A stretch of DNA of 64,000 nucleotides from positions 4,992,001 to 5,056,000 of the forward strand of contig OZ223209.1 in NCBI GenBank assembly GCA_965140415.1, read 5' to 3'. The stretch is from Myxococcota bacterium (lineage in GTDB: Bacteria; Myxococcota_A; SURF-8). Every line of letters starts with the position of its first letter. Positions within the stretch are counted from its first letter, which is position 1. Shown here piece after piece: positions 17,223 to 27,499 of the stretch. Made by a program: the position numbers and the translations under genes. The notes beneath the pieces were generated by a model. That model was not told the origin of the DNA and ran no database searches. It worked only from the letters and a program-made list of their open reading frames with translations.

Positions 17223-17267
17223 GGGCGTAGCGAACAGCAGCATGTCTGTTGGGCTACGCCCTTTTTT
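17223..17267 (+). terminator. Rho-independent terminator after iscU
   Basis: GGGCGTAGC...GCTACGCCC followed by TTTTTT. Confidence 0.7.
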
Positions 17268-17542
17268 CATTCTTTGAAACAAGGTGGCAGTCATCGTTTT
17301 TTTCAAAGTGAATCGAGTCGAAAGCCCGATTCTTCTTGCTTTAAAATTTTAACATGTTACTCTCGGACCGATTTCCGAGGGGGAATTTCCTTGTCGCAAT
17401 GCTAAAAAACATGGAAATTACGACGGAAATCGTTGAAAATAATTGACTGTGCGCCGTGGATAAGCCTACAGCTTGCTTATCCCTTGGACCTTGGAATTCG
17501 TACCTAGTTCATGATGCAAACATGTAAAGGACCATAGGTGAC

Positions 17543-19282
17543 ATGGAAAGCCTGACGCTTCGGATTGGTGGAGAAGGCGGAGAAGGTGTAATCAGTTGCG
17601 GTGAAATCTTGACCCGGTCGGCAGCGCGTTCCGGGTATCATGCATTTACCTACCGCACGTATCCCGCCGAGATTCGCGGCGGACTGTCGATGTTTCAATT
17701 GCGGGTGGATTCGAAAGCCGTTTTATCAGCCGGTGACAAACTGGATGTGCTGGTGGCTTTCAATCAGGAAGCGCTGGACAATTACCTGTCCGACGTGCGC
17801 TCCACCGGGGTAGTGCTTTACGACCCTGCATCCTGCCCGGAAACCGGCGCGCTTCGGTCGTATGACTCTTACGAAGTTCCCTTAAACGAAATCTGCAAAG
17901 AAGCCACGGAATCCATCCGTGGCAAAAACGTCGTCGCCATGGGCGTGCTGGGATATTTGCTTAGCATCCCCATGGAAAAAGCGGCGGCAACCGTCAAGCA
18001 GCAGTTCGCCAAAAAAGGCAGCAAGATCGTGGGCAGCAACACATTGGCGTTGGTTGCCGGCTATCAGTATGCCTCGGAAAAGCTAGCCCTTGACCGTCTG
18101 TCGAGTTTGCCACCCAAAGGAAAAAACAATGGCGTGGGCGAACGACTGATTCTTTCGGGAAATCAGGCGGTGGCGATGGGCGCGCTGGCAGCGGGAGTAC
18201 GCTTCTGCGGCGGTTATCCGATCACACCGGCTACCCCCATCTTCGAGTTCATGGCGCGAGAATTGCCTCGTTTCGGAGGTTACGTCATTCAATTCGAAGA
18301 CGAAATCTCGGCAATCGGCGCCTGTTTGGGTGCAAGCTATTCCGGAAACAAAGTGATCATCCCCACCTCGGGACCGGGCATGGCGTTGATGAGCGAGTTC
18401 ATCAGCCTGGCTTCCATGGCGGAATTGCCGATTCTGATCGTCGATGTGCAGCGCTCGGGACCGAGTACGGGCATGCCGACCAAGAGTGAACAAGGCGATT
18501 TGAACTTTGCATTGTACGGCACTCCGGGTGAATCGCCTCGCGTCGTGCTGGCACCCGCTTCGGTAGAAGAATGTTTCGATTTGGCAGCACTGGCAGTAAA
18601 CGTGGCTGAACGCTATCAATTGCCGGTCGTGCTGCTTTCCGATGCCTCACTGGCTTATCGCACGGAGACGGTCAATCGCTTCGACGTCAAGAAGATGGTC
18701 GTCAACGAGCGCGAAGAGTGGAGCCAGCAGAAAGAAACATTGGGGTATCGGCGCTACGCATTAACCGACAGCGGTGTCTCTCCGATGGCGCGCCCCGGCA
18801 CGGAGCATGGTGAATATCAGGCAACGGGTCTCGAACACGACGAATTCGGGCATCCCAACTACACACCTGAATTCCACGAAGCCATGCAGAAGAAGCGTTA
18901 TCAGAAACTGGAGAGGATGGAAGCGGAACTGGGTGACTCGATGTTTTACCAGTCGCGCCCGGTCGGAGCTCGCGTCGGCATCATCAGTTGGGGATCAACC
19001 CAGGGCACCGTGCGCGAAGCGATCCGCATGGCCGAAGCGGAAAAAATCAAGGTCGCGCATTTTCATCCCAAGGTCATCAACCCTCTACCGAAGAAAGCTC
19101 TCAAGAAATTCGTTTCCCACGTACGGAAGCTGATCGTAGTAGAGGAAAACTTCACCGGACAGTTAGCCAACGTTATCCGGGCGGAACTGCAAGTAGACCT
19201 GAAAGTCTTTACCAAGGCGCAGGGCATCCCGTTCTCCCCGGATGAAATTTACGATGCGATTCGAAAAACGGTAGGCAAATAA
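17543..19282 (+). CDS. korA: 2-oxoacid:ferredoxin oxidoreductase alpha subunit (gamma-alpha fused, KorA type)
   Basis: GGEGGEG, YPAEIRGG, GYPITPAT, EDEISA, TSGPG, QRSGPSTGMPTK.EQ. Substrate cannot be determined from sequence. Confidence 0.88.
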   Translation: MESLTLRIGGEGGEGVISCGEILTRSAARSGYHAFTYRTYPAEIRGGLSMFQLRVDSKAVLSAGDKLDVLVAFNQEALDNYLSDVRSTGVVLYDPASCPETGALRSYDSYEVPLNEICKEATESIRGKNVVAMGVLGYLLSIPMEKAAATVKQQFAKKGSKIVGSNTLALVAGYQYASEKLALDRLSSLPPKGKNNGVGERLILSGNQAVAMGALAAGVRFCGGYPITPATPIFEFMARELPRFGGYVIQFEDEISAIGACLGASYSGNKVIIPTSGPGMALMSEFISLASMAELPILIVDVQRSGPSTGMPTKSEQGDLNFALYGTPGESPRVVLAPASVEECFDLAALAVNVAERYQLPVVLLSDASLAYRTETVNRFDVKKMVVNEREEWSQQKETLGYRRYALTDSGVSPMARPGTEHGEYQATGLEHDEFGHPNYTPEFHEAMQKKRYQKLERMEAELGDSMFYQSRPVGARVGIISWGSTQGTVREAIRMAEAEKIKVAHFHPKVINPLPKKALKKFVSHVRKLIVVEENFTGQLANVIRAELQVDLKVFTKAQGIPFSPDEIYDAIRKTVGK

Positions 19283-20343
19283 TGGCGAAAAGCACCGAGA
19301 AAGACGAGCGAGAGCAGCAATCGGAACAGCCGCAAACCGAATCGGATTTGGGCTCATCCCAGGCTGTAGAAACCAAAGCCAGCCCTGCTGCTAAACGGAA
19401 AAACAATTCAAAAAGCGGTCAAAAGCGCACGGTTGCCAAGCGCGGCAGCGCTTCGAAGGCTGCCGCACCGGATGTCAATTCCAGTGAATCCATCTGGAAA
19501 ACGAATGACTATAAAAGCGGCGTCAAGCCGGTCTGGTGTCCGGGCTGCGGTCACTACGGATCGTTGTCCGCCTTTTACAAAGGTCTGGCAGCCTGTGATG
19601 TCGATCCGAAGAACCTGGTCATCGTCAGCGGAATTGGCTGTTCGGGACGGTTTTCCCATTTCGTGAAGGGATACTGTTTCCACGTCCTGCACGGTCGTGT
19701 GCTACCTGTCTGCCAGGGCATTGCCGCTTCGACGGGCGGCTACGATCTGAAGGTCTTTGGCATTTCCGGCGACGGCGATGCGTTGGCCATCGGTGGCGGT
19801 CATCTGCCCCACGCGGCGCGGCGAAATCCGAACATGGTGTACATGATCCTGGATAATGCCATTTACGGTCTGACCAAAGGCCAGTTCAGCCCAACCACCA
19901 GGCAAAGCGCCATCACCAGTTCTTCGCCTTTCGGAGTAACGGAAAACCGCTTGGACCCGCTCTCCCTGCTGCTGGGCTACAATGTTTCTTTTGTGGCACG
20001 CGGATTCAGCGCCAACAATAAGCAACTGGGTACGATCATGAGCCAGGCGATTCAGCATCGCGGCTTCTCGGTCGTGCATGTGCTCTCGCCCTGTGTGTCG
20101 TTCAACAAGGAAATCAGTTACGACTTCCTCTCCGAACGGGTCAAACCGCTGCCGGATGACTTCGACTCCTCCAACAAAGTTGCAGCATTCCGTTTTGCGC
20201 AGGATACGGAAAAGATTTACACTGGAGTGTTTTACAAGGAAGATCGTCCGACGTTGCAGGAATATCACACCAACGCCATCAAACAGGCGCAGAAAAAGAA
20301 AAACGCCGGGGACATCGACGCGCTGCTGGATACCTTCCGGTAA
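19282..20343 (+). CDS. korB: 2-oxoacid:ferredoxin oxidoreductase beta subunit (TPP-binding) with a ~70-aa N-terminal extension
   Basis: WCPGCG, SGIGCS, HGR, GDGD..AIGG, IYGLTKGQ.SPT, SPC..FN. Confidence 0.88.
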   Translation: MAKSTEKDEREQQSEQPQTESDLGSSQAVETKASPAAKRKNNSKSGQKRTVAKRGSASKAAAPDVNSSESIWKTNDYKSGVKPVWCPGCGHYGSLSAFYKGLAACDVDPKNLVIVSGIGCSGRFSHFVKGYCFHVLHGRVLPVCQGIAASTGGYDLKVFGISGDGDALAIGGGHLPHAARRNPNMVYMILDNAIYGLTKGQFSPTTRQSAITSSSPFGVTENRLDPLSLLLGYNVSFVARGFSANNKQLGTIMSQAIQHRGFSVVHVLSPCVSFNKEISYDFLSERVKPLPDDFDSSNKVAAFRFAQDTEKIYTGVFYKEDRPTLQEYHTNAIKQAQKKKNAGDIDALLDTFR

Positions 20344-20366
20344 ACCAACAACGCACACTAGGGACG

Positions 20367-20398
20367 AAAGACGGGCAATGTAGCCCGTCTTTTTTTTT
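20367..20398 (+). terminator. Rho-independent terminator between convergent genes
   Basis: AAAGACGGGC-AATGTA-GCCCGTCTTT followed by a T-run. Confidence 0.85.
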
Positions 20399-22232
20399 AC
20401 AACTGCTTCGTACCACCGCCACTGACGGTGAACATCTGGTTTTGCTCGATACGGGCATTCTCGGAAATGATAAACTGGCCATCGTCCAGAATGTTAACTT
20501 CCACCCGAACACCTTTCGCGATGGTGACGTTTCCACCGATCCAGACTTTGGCCGCGCTTAGCGCCTGTTCTGAAATGTCGCGGGTATCTTCGTCATATTC
20601 GATTTCGCCGTACGGCTTGTTCGCACGTACGATCAACGTTGCGCCCTCTTCCAGATGTAATCCGGCAGACAGCGGCGGGGTGCGCTCGTCCAGTCCATGC
20701 CGTAAGCACAGATACAGGCGGCTACCTTCTTCCAACTTCCAATCTTTGCCGACGCCACGAGTTGTCAAAGCTTCCTGGGTCATACCAAGGCAGGGATGTA
20801 ATTCGACATAGGCTTTCGGTTCGGAAGAAGCTCCCGCCACTTCTCCACCGAGTTGCTCGATACAACGCGCGCCCTGACGAGCCAGGGCCTGGAAGCTGGT
20901 CGTGATCGAGTCGCGCCCGACAATGGCCTTTGTGGGAACGAAAATATGGTCACGCTCATCGGCGTAGACTTCCACGCCGTCCGGGTCCAGTTTGGCCGTA
21001 AGATGCTGATTCAGAAATTCATAGGTGCTGGATTGGATAGTTTTCTCTTCAAGCTGGATGGGCTTGTTCGTATACAGCGTACCCGGTAGATCGGTTCGCA
21101 ACGCCTCCAACGAAAGCAGGTTGGTATTGATATGCGCCGCATCGAACAGCAAGTCACCCTGTTCATTCTTCTCGGCGGAAAGCGCCGGGTCCAACACGCT
21201 GTATTCAATGACTTCCACGCGACGATCCTTTTTCCGGCGACAAGCCATGCCGACTTTCTCCGTCGGATCGGTGCGCGTCACAACGGAAAGGGTGAACTGG
21301 TTTTTCTTGCGCAGATGGAATCCCAGCCGTTGCGGAGCCAACGGATTCAATGCGGCGTTATCCACATTACCCATAACGACATGTTCGATACCACGTTCGG
21401 CCAGGCGCGCCTTGATGCTGGTTTCACCCAGGTTTCTGGCCAGTGCATGGTAAAAACCGCCATGGCCATCGCCCGTCCAGAACAACCCGCCTTCCGAGCT
21501 GACGATCAGGTCGCCGTCTTCATCCAAACGAGGAATTTCACCCTGTTTGAAGATCACCGCTCCCGAACGCGGGAACCCCCAGAGCTTGTCGCCTTCCAAC
21601 CACAGAACCGTATTGGTGAAGGTATTGGAACTGGTCATAAATAGCGGCAGACCCAGCCGGCCATACTCGATTCCGCTTTCCAGAATCTGCGCCATCAGCA
21701 ACTGGTAAAAACTGAGTCCCTCTACCACGGTAATCGGGAACAGCCCTTTCGGGTTGTAGCGATCGGGCGGGCTTTTGGAGAGTCGTTCACTTTTTATCGG
21801 AGTCGACTCGCCGATCCGATCCCATTCGGTGAAGAAACGCGTTCCCGAACCACCGGCGAAAACACCGATCGCCCATTTCCCCTGCCGCAACGAAACCTCT
21901 CCTCGTTCACGATCCTGTTGAGCGAAATCGTTCTGGTCGGGATCCGCATTGACCGGCTCTAAGTCGTCTTTCGTCAAGATTTCACCGAGTCGTCCCGCAC
22001 GAAAATCCGCCAGCGCCTGTCGATGCCTGGCCAGATGCTCGAAATCCAGGCGAGTGATTTCGCGCAGAAAACGATCCCACTCCTTCTCTCCGGCTTGCTT
22101 CAGATATTTATCGAAAATTCCCGAAAAGCCTTCGGATAGCAGATGCTCCAGAGCCTTTGCAACTTCCGGTGCATTGGCAAGCTTTTGTTTAAGAAAAGGA
22201 TGGCTATCGGTTAGTTCTTGAATCGTCGTCAC
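20397..22232 (-). CDS. UDP-sugar pyrophosphorylase, eukaryote-type UDPGP/UAP/USP family
   Basis: AGGSGTR, KGLFP, FKQG.IP, GDGHGG, NVDN, IEYS, INTN and F.PTK motifs; beta-helix-like C-terminus. GTG start at 22232 with RBS GGGGAGG. Confidence 0.8.
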   Translation of the reverse strand: MTTIQELTDSHPFLKQKLANAPEVAKALEHLLSEGFSGIFDKYLKQAGEKEWDRFLREITRLDFEHLARHRQALADFRAGRLGEILTKDDLEPVNADPDQNDFAQQDRERGEVSLRQGKWAIGVFAGGSGTRFFTEWDRIGESTPIKSERLSKSPPDRYNPKGLFPITVVEGLSFYQLLMAQILESGIEYGRLGLPLFMTSSNTFTNTVLWLEGDKLWGFPRSGAVIFKQGEIPRLDEDGDLIVSSEGGLFWTGDGHGGFYHALARNLGETSIKARLAERGIEHVVMGNVDNAALNPLAPQRLGFHLRKKNQFTLSVVTRTDPTEKVGMACRRKKDRRVEVIEYSVLDPALSAEKNEQGDLLFDAAHINTNLLSLEALRTDLPGTLYTNKPIQLEEKTIQSSTYEFLNQHLTAKLDPDGVEVYADERDHIFVPTKAIVGRDSITTSFQALARQGARCIEQLGGEVAGASSEPKAYVELHPCLGMTQEALTTRGVGKDWKLEEGSRLYLCLRHGLDERTPPLSAGLHLEEGATLIVRANKPYGEIEYDEDTRDISEQALSAAKVWIGGNVTIAKGVRVEVNILDDGQFIISENARIEQNQMFTVSGGGTKQL

Positions 22233-23397
22233 ATTTTCCTCCCCGTGCGCCACCGGATGGGGTCAATAACAGGGCTTGCCCTTTGTTCGCCCATTGTTGG
22301 TAGCGCAGTTGCAATGCTGCCTGAAATTCTTCTGCCAATTCCGCCGAAACCAGATTGACGGTGCAGCCGCCAAATCCACCTCCGGTCATGCGCGCCCCGA
22401 TCAGTCCGGGAAGATCCTGCGCCAACTCGACTGCCCGATCCAGTTCGATGCAGGAAACATTGTAGTCGTCTCGCAGACCCGCATGCGAGGCGGCCAGCAA
22501 TTCCCCGGCACGTTCTTTGTCGGCATTGGCCAACGCCTCCGTAAAACGGCCTACTCGGTCGTTTTCCGCCAGAACGTAACCGCAGCGCCGGAAACTCAAC
22601 TCCGGCATGTCGCCTTTTGCAGCGTCGAGCATGTCGCGATCGACGTCGCGTAGCAGTTCCACTTGTGGAAACCGCCGCCGCACCGCCTCCAATCCGATCG
22701 CGCATTCCTGCTGGCGTTTCGCATATTCCGAACTGGCCAGTTCGTGATGAACTCCGGTATCCAGTACCACCAGTTTCCAGTCTTTCGGAATCGGCGTCAT
22801 CTGCACCTTCAGGCTGCGACAGTCCAGCTTCATGGCATGACCGTCTTCACAGACCGCAGAAGCAAACTGATCCATAATACCACACGGCACGCCGACGAAT
22901 CCATTTTCGGCCTGCTGACCAAGTTGGGCCAATTCACTGGAATGGAGTCCGAGTCCTTGAATCGTATTCCACAAAGTTAAACATGCCACTTCCAACGAAG
23001 CGGAACTGGATAACCCACCACCAAAAGGAATCGTACCGAGCATGACGATATCCAGCCCGCAGGGTTCGTAACCACGCTGCTGCAATGACCAGGCACAAGC
23101 TGCTACGTAACGCACCCAGCCATCCACCGCTTCGGGAAGCAACGTCTTTAGTGAAAAGCTTTTCGTTTCTTTCTGATTGATCGAATAGCAACGTACCTGA
23201 TCGTCATTGCGAACCGAAGCCAGCAGATAAGTCTTTAAATCGATTGCCGCCGGTAATACGAATCCCCCGTGATAATCTGTATGTTCACCGATCAGGTTGA
23301 CTCTTCCCGGTGCGATGGACCAGTACGAATCAGCCGCAACAACACCGAAGCGCTCTCGCCACACACGTTGCAACTGCTGCAAGGGAAAACCATCCAT
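22204..23397 (-). CDS. galK: Galactokinase
   Basis: APGRVNLIGEHTDY, GGLSSSASLE, CGIMDQF, GARMTGGGFGG. Confidence 0.93.
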   Translation of the reverse strand: MDGFPLQQLQRVWRERFGVVAADSYWSIAPGRVNLIGEHTDYHGGFVLPAAIDLKTYLLASVRNDDQVRCYSINQKETKSFSLKTLLPEAVDGWVRYVAACAWSLQQRGYEPCGLDIVMLGTIPFGGGLSSSASLEVACLTLWNTIQGLGLHSSELAQLGQQAENGFVGVPCGIMDQFASAVCEDGHAMKLDCRSLKVQMTPIPKDWKLVVLDTGVHHELASSEYAKRQQECAIGLEAVRRRFPQVELLRDVDRDMLDAAKGDMPELSFRRCGYVLAENDRVGRFTEALANADKERAGELLAASHAGLRDDYNVSCIELDRAVELAQDLPGLIGARMTGGGFGGCTVNLVSAELAEEFQAALQLRYQQWANKGQALLLTPSGGARGGKCDDDSRTNR

Positions 23398-23544
23398 CGC
23401 CGCCTCCACATCGAAAGGTACTTTATTCTACTGATTTACCATGGATTCGGCATGACAACAAATAAAAGTAGGTGGATGCTTGCTTGTAGTATAACCGGTA
23501 CGAATCACGGGCAAGTATTACCCGCTTCAAGCGAAGTAAAGCGA

Positions 23545-24357
23545 TCAGGAGTCAGATCCCGTGGCGCGACGGCGCAATTTCTGGCGTTGGGCTTGAAACA
23601 CGAAACGGATCAACGCTTCGCGGTCGTTCTCCTCCAATTCTTCGAAGGTACAGCTAATCGTCGTGCTAGCACCACCTGCACCACCAAATTCCGAGTCTAC
23701 GCGGATAACTTTGGCATTGGCGACAATGGGTTGATTATGACCGGGTAATTGTACATAAATCCGTAATCTGTCACCCTTGTTATGCTCACGCGATGTGGAA
23801 AACTGAATACCGGACCCCGAAATGTTGACCACACGCTGAATCAAGGTTTCAGTTTCACATTCACTGGTTTTCGACATCTCCTTGCGTAGTTCGCGCAGTT
23901 CGCCGTACATGCCGGCGATCAGCGTTGCCATGGAACGTTCAAATTCTCCGACATTATTCAGCTTATCCAAGATCTGACCGATATTAGTGCCTTTAAGATC
24001 TTCCTCTCCCTTCTGACTGGGCACGGCTTCGCGCAACACTTCATAACCAAGCATAATGACAGTATCGGCACGAAAGTGATTACGGGCTTCGTGTCGCCCC
24101 AACAAGGAAACGGTCGCCATTCCGTTGTTTACAGACACGATTTTCGCTTTGTAAGCATAACCACGTTTGGAATCGGCAACAATCGCTTCACTGGTTGAAT
24201 TCAGCTTATTCAGCAGGTTTTCACTGATGCTTTGAAGAATTTCCAGGGAAATCGGTTCGGTGCTTACAACTCGAGTTGTAACAGAGGTCGAGCCGCTTTT
24301 ACCTTCCAGCAGCATTTCCAGTTTATCGCCTTTAAAAAATAGATTCCGGGTTTCCAT
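23545..24357 (-). CDS. PilZ-domain (c-di-GMP binding) protein
   Basis: RxxxR (RNHFR), NISGSG, and C-terminal F..L...DRE.LIRFVF..QR. Confidence 0.8.
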   Translation of the reverse strand: METRNLFFKGDKLEMLLEGKSGSTSVTTRVVSTEPISLEILQSISENLLNKLNSTSEAIVADSKRGYAYKAKIVSVNNGMATVSLLGRHEARNHFRADTVIMLGYEVLREAVPSQKGEEDLKGTNIGQILDKLNNVGEFERSMATLIAGMYGELRELRKEMSKTSECETETLIQRVVNISGSGIQFSTSREHNKGDRLRIYVQLPGHNQPIVANAKVIRVDSEFGGAGGASTTISCTFEELEENDREALIRFVFQAQRQKLRRRATGSDS

Positions 24358-24595
24358 CGTTGTTGATTCCCCTTTGTACCGTTACAGATTACATCACAAA
24401 TAAACGCAGCACACCTTGAACATGATAGAGTATCGGAAATCGAAAGATATTCCAAACGAGTAGTCGCTTGAAAACCGATAAGCTATGAGAATACTATGAA
24501 TTTAATATCGATGTCAAATTTTGAGTGAAAGCAGATTTAGAGATGGGCGGGAATTTTAAAAGTGCGTTATCTTTCATTTATTGGCGCAACGTACG

Positions 24596-24658
24596 ATGTC
24601 ATTCCGGCCTTGACCCGGAATCCATGCCTTTAACCCCGGATCAAGTCCGGGGTGACAT
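24596..24658. repeat. GTCA-type palindromic repeat pair
   Basis: ATGTCATTCCGGCCTTGACCCGGAATCC...ACCCCGGATCAAGTCCGGGGTGACAT: two inverted hairpin units bounded by ATGTCA/TGACAT. Confidence 0.75.
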
Positions 24659-24729
24659 TTCGGTGTGATGTGGTAATTTCGGAGAATGAACGCACTAGTT
24701 TAAATTCCACCCGTTGGAGATTACTAGTT

Positions 24730-27228
24730 CTAGTTTCCATGTCCGTCGGGGACGACCATGGTTCCCTGTTCGAAAATGGTGGCATCGCCGAAGCCCCAAC
24801 GGATGTTGGCGACATACCAGCGTTTATGTTCTTCGGTAAATAAAACTTCTTCTTGATAGCGCAGTTCTCCCAACACATAAATACGTACTTTGGCCGTTGT
24901 CGGTCCGGCGTCGAAGGCATCCCAGAAATGCACGTATAACTCGTAATCGCCTTCGCAGGGATCGTTTAAGTTGATGTTCTCCGGACCATAGCCGTTCTGA
25001 TCGTCGATATCCAGCGAAGGATGCCCGCAACTGCTCCAATCCACCGGGTTTCCGCTCGGCTCGTATTCCTGCTTGCAGGTGCTGAAGAAACAATCGTCAT
25101 AACTGACGGGATAATCGCTGCCGCCATGCGCCAGCCCATCCCACAATGCTCCTCCCGGTCGCACCAGATGCAGATCCATATCCGAATTCGGCGTATCCCA
25201 GATCAGTTGAATGTGAATCGTCTCCCCCGGAACGGCGGTATAGGTCACCGTAGCCGGTTCGCAGCTTTCCATGCCCTGATTGTCCCAAACCCGCAGTTGC
25301 AACGTATAAGTGCCTGCTATATCGAAAAAGAAATTCGGCTGGGCGATATTCATCGGAATCGGAATCGAGCGACTATCCGATGGCTTGTCGATCACCGTCC
25401 ACAAATACTGCTCGACTGTCCCATCCGGGTCCGATGAGCCGGTGCCATCCAGTTGAACACGCGCCAAGGGCTCCACTTCCTGGTCTTCGCCCGCATCGGC
25501 AATGGGACACTGGTTGGTGCTGACGCCATCGCCGCTTAACGGAATCGAGAGCACTGCGTCTTCCGGGTCGGGATCGTTGCTGTAAATCACCAGCGTACCG
25601 GTATCGGGCAGGGTATCGTCTGGAGCATAACCGATTTTGTAGAAGAACTGACCACCAGGCGCGAGTTGATCGGGAGGAATGGTGCCTTTGTAGAACACGG
25701 TGCCTTCCGTGATCAGTTCGAAGCGATGTAGAATCAACAAGCCGCCGGTGCTGACATTCTTGATCGTCAAGGTCTTCAGGATCGATGCGCCTTCGCTTAG
25801 TGCATCGAAGTGCAGCGAATCGGGGGTCACTTCGATCTGCGCCGGGACCGGCTCGGCGATGAAGGGAATCACCACGTGCTCTTCGTCGCGGTCGTTGGTA
25901 TCCAGCACGATACTGCCGACATCCGCCGCCTCCGATCCATCCGGCGCATAGCGCACTTCGATTTCCGTCGTCTCGTTTTGCTGCAATACCAGACCGTCAT
26001 CCGGGCGCGTCTCCACGCTGAAATCTTCCGTGGTGGCCGAACCCAGCGCAATAGTCGTCAACTCCAACGGATAACAACCGCTGTTTTCAATGGTGACGCT
26101 GCGCGTTTCCGACTCGCCCAGATGCACACCGGTGAAATCGTATTCTTCCGGATCGATCTCCAACTCCGGTTCACAGATGGTTACCGTAATCGGCACGAAA
26201 TATTGCGGTTCCTCCAGATCGTCGCTGTGCACTTCCAAGGTTCCACTTAAACTCTCCTGCTCCTCCGGGGTCAACACGAGTTGAATCGTGTATTGCTCGT
26301 GCGCTTCGACAATGATGGGAGCCAGCGGAGAAAGATCCAGCGGCACTCCGGCCAGACTCAATTCGGGATCGGAGTCGCCGGTCAGTTGAACCGCAGTGAT
26401 GCTCAATGGCGCACCGCCGTCGTTTTCCAACTGCACGTCGAAGCTGGCCGTTTCCAGTCGCTGTAATCCCAGATCGATCGGATTGGGTTCTACGCCGATC
26501 TGAGCACGTTCCTTGATGGCGGTGAAAATCTGCACGCGCACATTCGGTGTGGCGGGGTCGTTACTTGAAACGATGAGATAATTGTGATCGGAAACTTCAT
26601 CGATCGGATTGTAATTGACGGTAACCGTCGCATCTTTGGTCGGTTCGATCGAAATCGGCAGAGTATCGTGTTCGAGGCTGAACTCAGCGGAATTGACATA
26701 CAGGAACAGATCACGCACTTCCAGGGTTTGCCCGCCGATATTCATCAGCAGCAGCTCTCGCGCGTTTTCGCTGCCGACAGGTACCGCGCCAAAATCGATG
26801 GCAACCGGATCGACCTGAATCCAGGGATTCTGGGCGCTGTGCTCAATATCGGTTTCATAAATCAGATCGTACTCCAGATCGGTTTCCAGATTCGACCAGG
26901 GATCATCGCCTTCGGTGTCCAGATCGCCGTCGGTCGGGAAAACGGGGTCGTCGCCGTCTGCATCCAGATCGCCGTCGATTGGAATGCTGGACTGGATGCA
27001 CAGTCCCGTTTCCTGCTCGCAGATCTGTCCGCTGGGACAATCGGTATTTTCGATGCAGTCGGGAATGCAGTTGCCCAGGCTGTCGCAACTCTGCTCGCCG
27101 GGACAATCGCAAACGGTGCCTTGATCTCCGTCCGTGGTATCTTCCGAGGAACTGGAACATCCCGCCATCAAAGCGAACAGCATCAATAGAACTAAGAACC
27201 GTACAGACAATGTATCGGTGGCACGCAT
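24730..27228 (-). CDS. Surface lipoprotein with tandem Ig-like (ASH/choice-of-anchor D-like) domains, a PKD domain and a YfaP-like C-terminal domain
   Basis: Lipobox MAG-C. About 4 repeats of P..IDFG.V...N.GG..L.V...SND. PIADAGEDQ..LDGTGSSDPDG. W....DMDLHL...LDIDD..GYGPENI. Confidence 0.8.
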   Translation of the reverse strand: MRATDTLSVRFLVLLMLFALMAGCSSSSEDTTDGDQGTVCDCPGEQSCDSLGNCIPDCIENTDCPSGQICEQETGLCIQSSIPIDGDLDADGDDPVFPTDGDLDTEGDDPWSNLETDLEYDLIYETDIEHSAQNPWIQVDPVAIDFGAVPVGSENARELLLMNIGGQTLEVRDLFLYVNSAEFSLEHDTLPISIEPTKDATVTVNYNPIDEVSDHNYLIVSSNDPATPNVRVQIFTAIKERAQIGVEPNPIDLGLQRLETASFDVQLENDGGAPLSITAVQLTGDSDPELSLAGVPLDLSPLAPIIVEAHEQYTIQLVLTPEEQESLSGTLEVHSDDLEEPQYFVPITVTICEPELEIDPEEYDFTGVHLGESETRSVTIENSGCYPLELTTIALGSATTEDFSVETRPDDGLVLQQNETTEIEVRYAPDGSEAADVGSIVLDTNDRDEEHVVIPFIAEPVPAQIEVTPDSLHFDALSEGASILKTLTIKNVSTGGLLILHRFELITEGTVFYKGTIPPDQLAPGGQFFYKIGYAPDDTLPDTGTLVIYSNDPDPEDAVLSIPLSGDGVSTNQCPIADAGEDQEVEPLARVQLDGTGSSDPDGTVEQYLWTVIDKPSDSRSIPIPMNIAQPNFFFDIAGTYTLQLRVWDNQGMESCEPATVTYTAVPGETIHIQLIWDTPNSDMDLHLVRPGGALWDGLAHGGSDYPVSYDDCFFSTCKQEYEPSGNPVDWSSCGHPSLDIDDQNGYGPENINLNDPCEGDYELYVHFWDAFDAGPTTAKVRIYVLGELRYQEEVLFTEEHKRWYVANIRWGFGDATIFEQGTMVVPDGHGN

Positions 27229-27499
27229 ACAACGCCTCCTGGAAATGGAACCCGCCTATCGGGCGGTCAGTCATCGATTGGTGTGGCGAATCCGTTCCCT
27301 ATGGAACGTTCTATAAGTATAAAGGCGGCTGCCTGCTGCGGCAAGCGAAAAGGAAAGGTTTGAAAAATGGAGATGGGAGTTCGTACTTTCAACATCCACC
27401 TCCTTTCACTATACGACTTTCAAGAGATTCTGCTGGCATTTCAGCGCATCTGCCCCTAAAATGTCGATAGACTTGAATTGCTACGGACTGGAGGACAGC

